DNA of 20,871 nt. It comes from Proteromonas lacertae. Lineage: Eukaryota. The DNA lies in NCBI GenBank assembly GCA_002245135.1, contig NGBS01000031.1:62001-82871 (forward strand). The letters are read 5' to 3'. The notes under the pieces were generated by a model that was given only the letters and a program-made list of their open reading frames with translations, ran no database searches and had not been told where the DNA came from. Positions 20,045 to 20,871 of the stretch are shown here, one piece after another (position 1 is the first letter of the stretch; each line of letters begins with the position of its first letter). The position numbers were made by a program, and so were the translations under genes.

Positions 20045-20821
20045 ATGGGTAAGTTTAAAGATTGGTTAAAAAAATCTAAAATTCTATCTAGCGCAGCTAG
20101 TTTAATACCTTTTGCTGGACCAGCTATTAGTAACCAGTATAGAGAATATGGGGATATGGTAAGAGAAGACGTAGAGGTAGGGTTGCAAGACATAGAGTTA
20201 CTAGAATGTCACAATTTACACCTGATGGTAGATTCTTAGGTGATACTTCATCTATGACTGGTGGTGGAACTGTTAAGTTTAGGACAAAATCTGGTAAAGT
20301 TGTTTCATTTCATACTAGAAAACGGAAGGGAGCTGGTTTAGGTAGTTTGTTTAAGAAAGGATGGAATAAAATAAGAAAAATAGCTACAAAAGACAATATT
20401 ACAAGAGGTATTCAGAAAGCTAAAGAGATAAATAACACTTTAAAAGATAAGAAATATATTAGTGATATATCAGGTAAAGTAGGTACTGTAGCTAATACTC
20501 TTGGTTTAAGTAAAATTGGTGATATAGCAATAAGATAAGTTCCACTGCTAGTAATTATGGTTATGGAAAACGTAGAAGAAGACATAGGGGAGGTAAAAGA
20601 TTTGGACAAAATGGTGGACTTAGATTACAATGAATGGTGGTAGTAAAATACGTAGTATAGCTATTACTAAACCTCCTAGCAATAGGCCTATTTTAAATGG
20701 ATTAGCTAAACCTTGTGGATTTAACCATAGAGGTTTATACAATCCACAAAACAGTTTACAAAAGCTTTTTAGCTTACAAGTTAACAACATAAACTTTGTT
20801 ATTGATTTTATTATTCATTGA
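20045..20821 (+). CDS. Basic core/minor virion protein precursor, split here by three apparent 1-nt deletions
   Basis: The three short ORFs join into one ~260-aa Lys/Arg/Gly-rich protein if one base is restored at ~20150-53 (G run), ~20529-30 and ~20629-30 (A runs). This reveals two GYGKRRRR motifs plus MTGGG and MNGGS. Confidence 0.65.
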
Positions 20822-20871
20822 TAATTCTTATTGTTTTTTTATATATTTAATAATAACATAATGTATAACAA

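Larger units (their letters stand above)
11094..20871. mobile_element. Endogenous Polinton/Maverick-like (PLV/virophage-class) dsDNA virus, left part, continuing beyond the window
   Basis: Abrupt switch from intron-rich host genes to long intron-less ORFs. Cluster of packaging ATPase, major capsid, minor capsid and adenain-like protease. Left junction interrupts a host kinase. Confidence 0.9.

Overview
The window is very AT-rich eukaryotic DNA with two distinct halves. Bases 1 to ~11093 hold six densely packed host genes with tiny introns (mostly 27-51 nt, GT..AG, usually GTAT..TAG), a style that resembles Blastocystis-like stramenopiles. They encode a TPR-IQ-LRR protein, ARP6, a helical U-box protein, a divergent MECR/Etr1-like reductase, a degenerate ChlI/MoxR AAA-lid protein and a NEK-like kinase-TPR protein. 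The kinase is cut inside its glycine-rich loop at ~11092-11094. From there to the window end runs an intron-less endogenous Polinton/Maverick-like (PLV/virophage-class) DNA virus. It opens with an ~800 bp non-coding terminal region containing a palindrome array and several stem-loops. Then come a Cys-rich ORF, a possible fibre, an A32-like packaging ATPase, major and minor capsid proteins, an 892-aa orphan and an adenain-like cysteine protease. The last gene is a frameshift-split basic protein with adenovirus-type cleavage sites and a pVI-like amphipathic helix. No polymerase or integrase is visible, and the element runs off the right edge. Several isolated 1-nt frameshifts suggest residual sequencing indels. 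All family calls come from motif recognition by eye, not from database searches.
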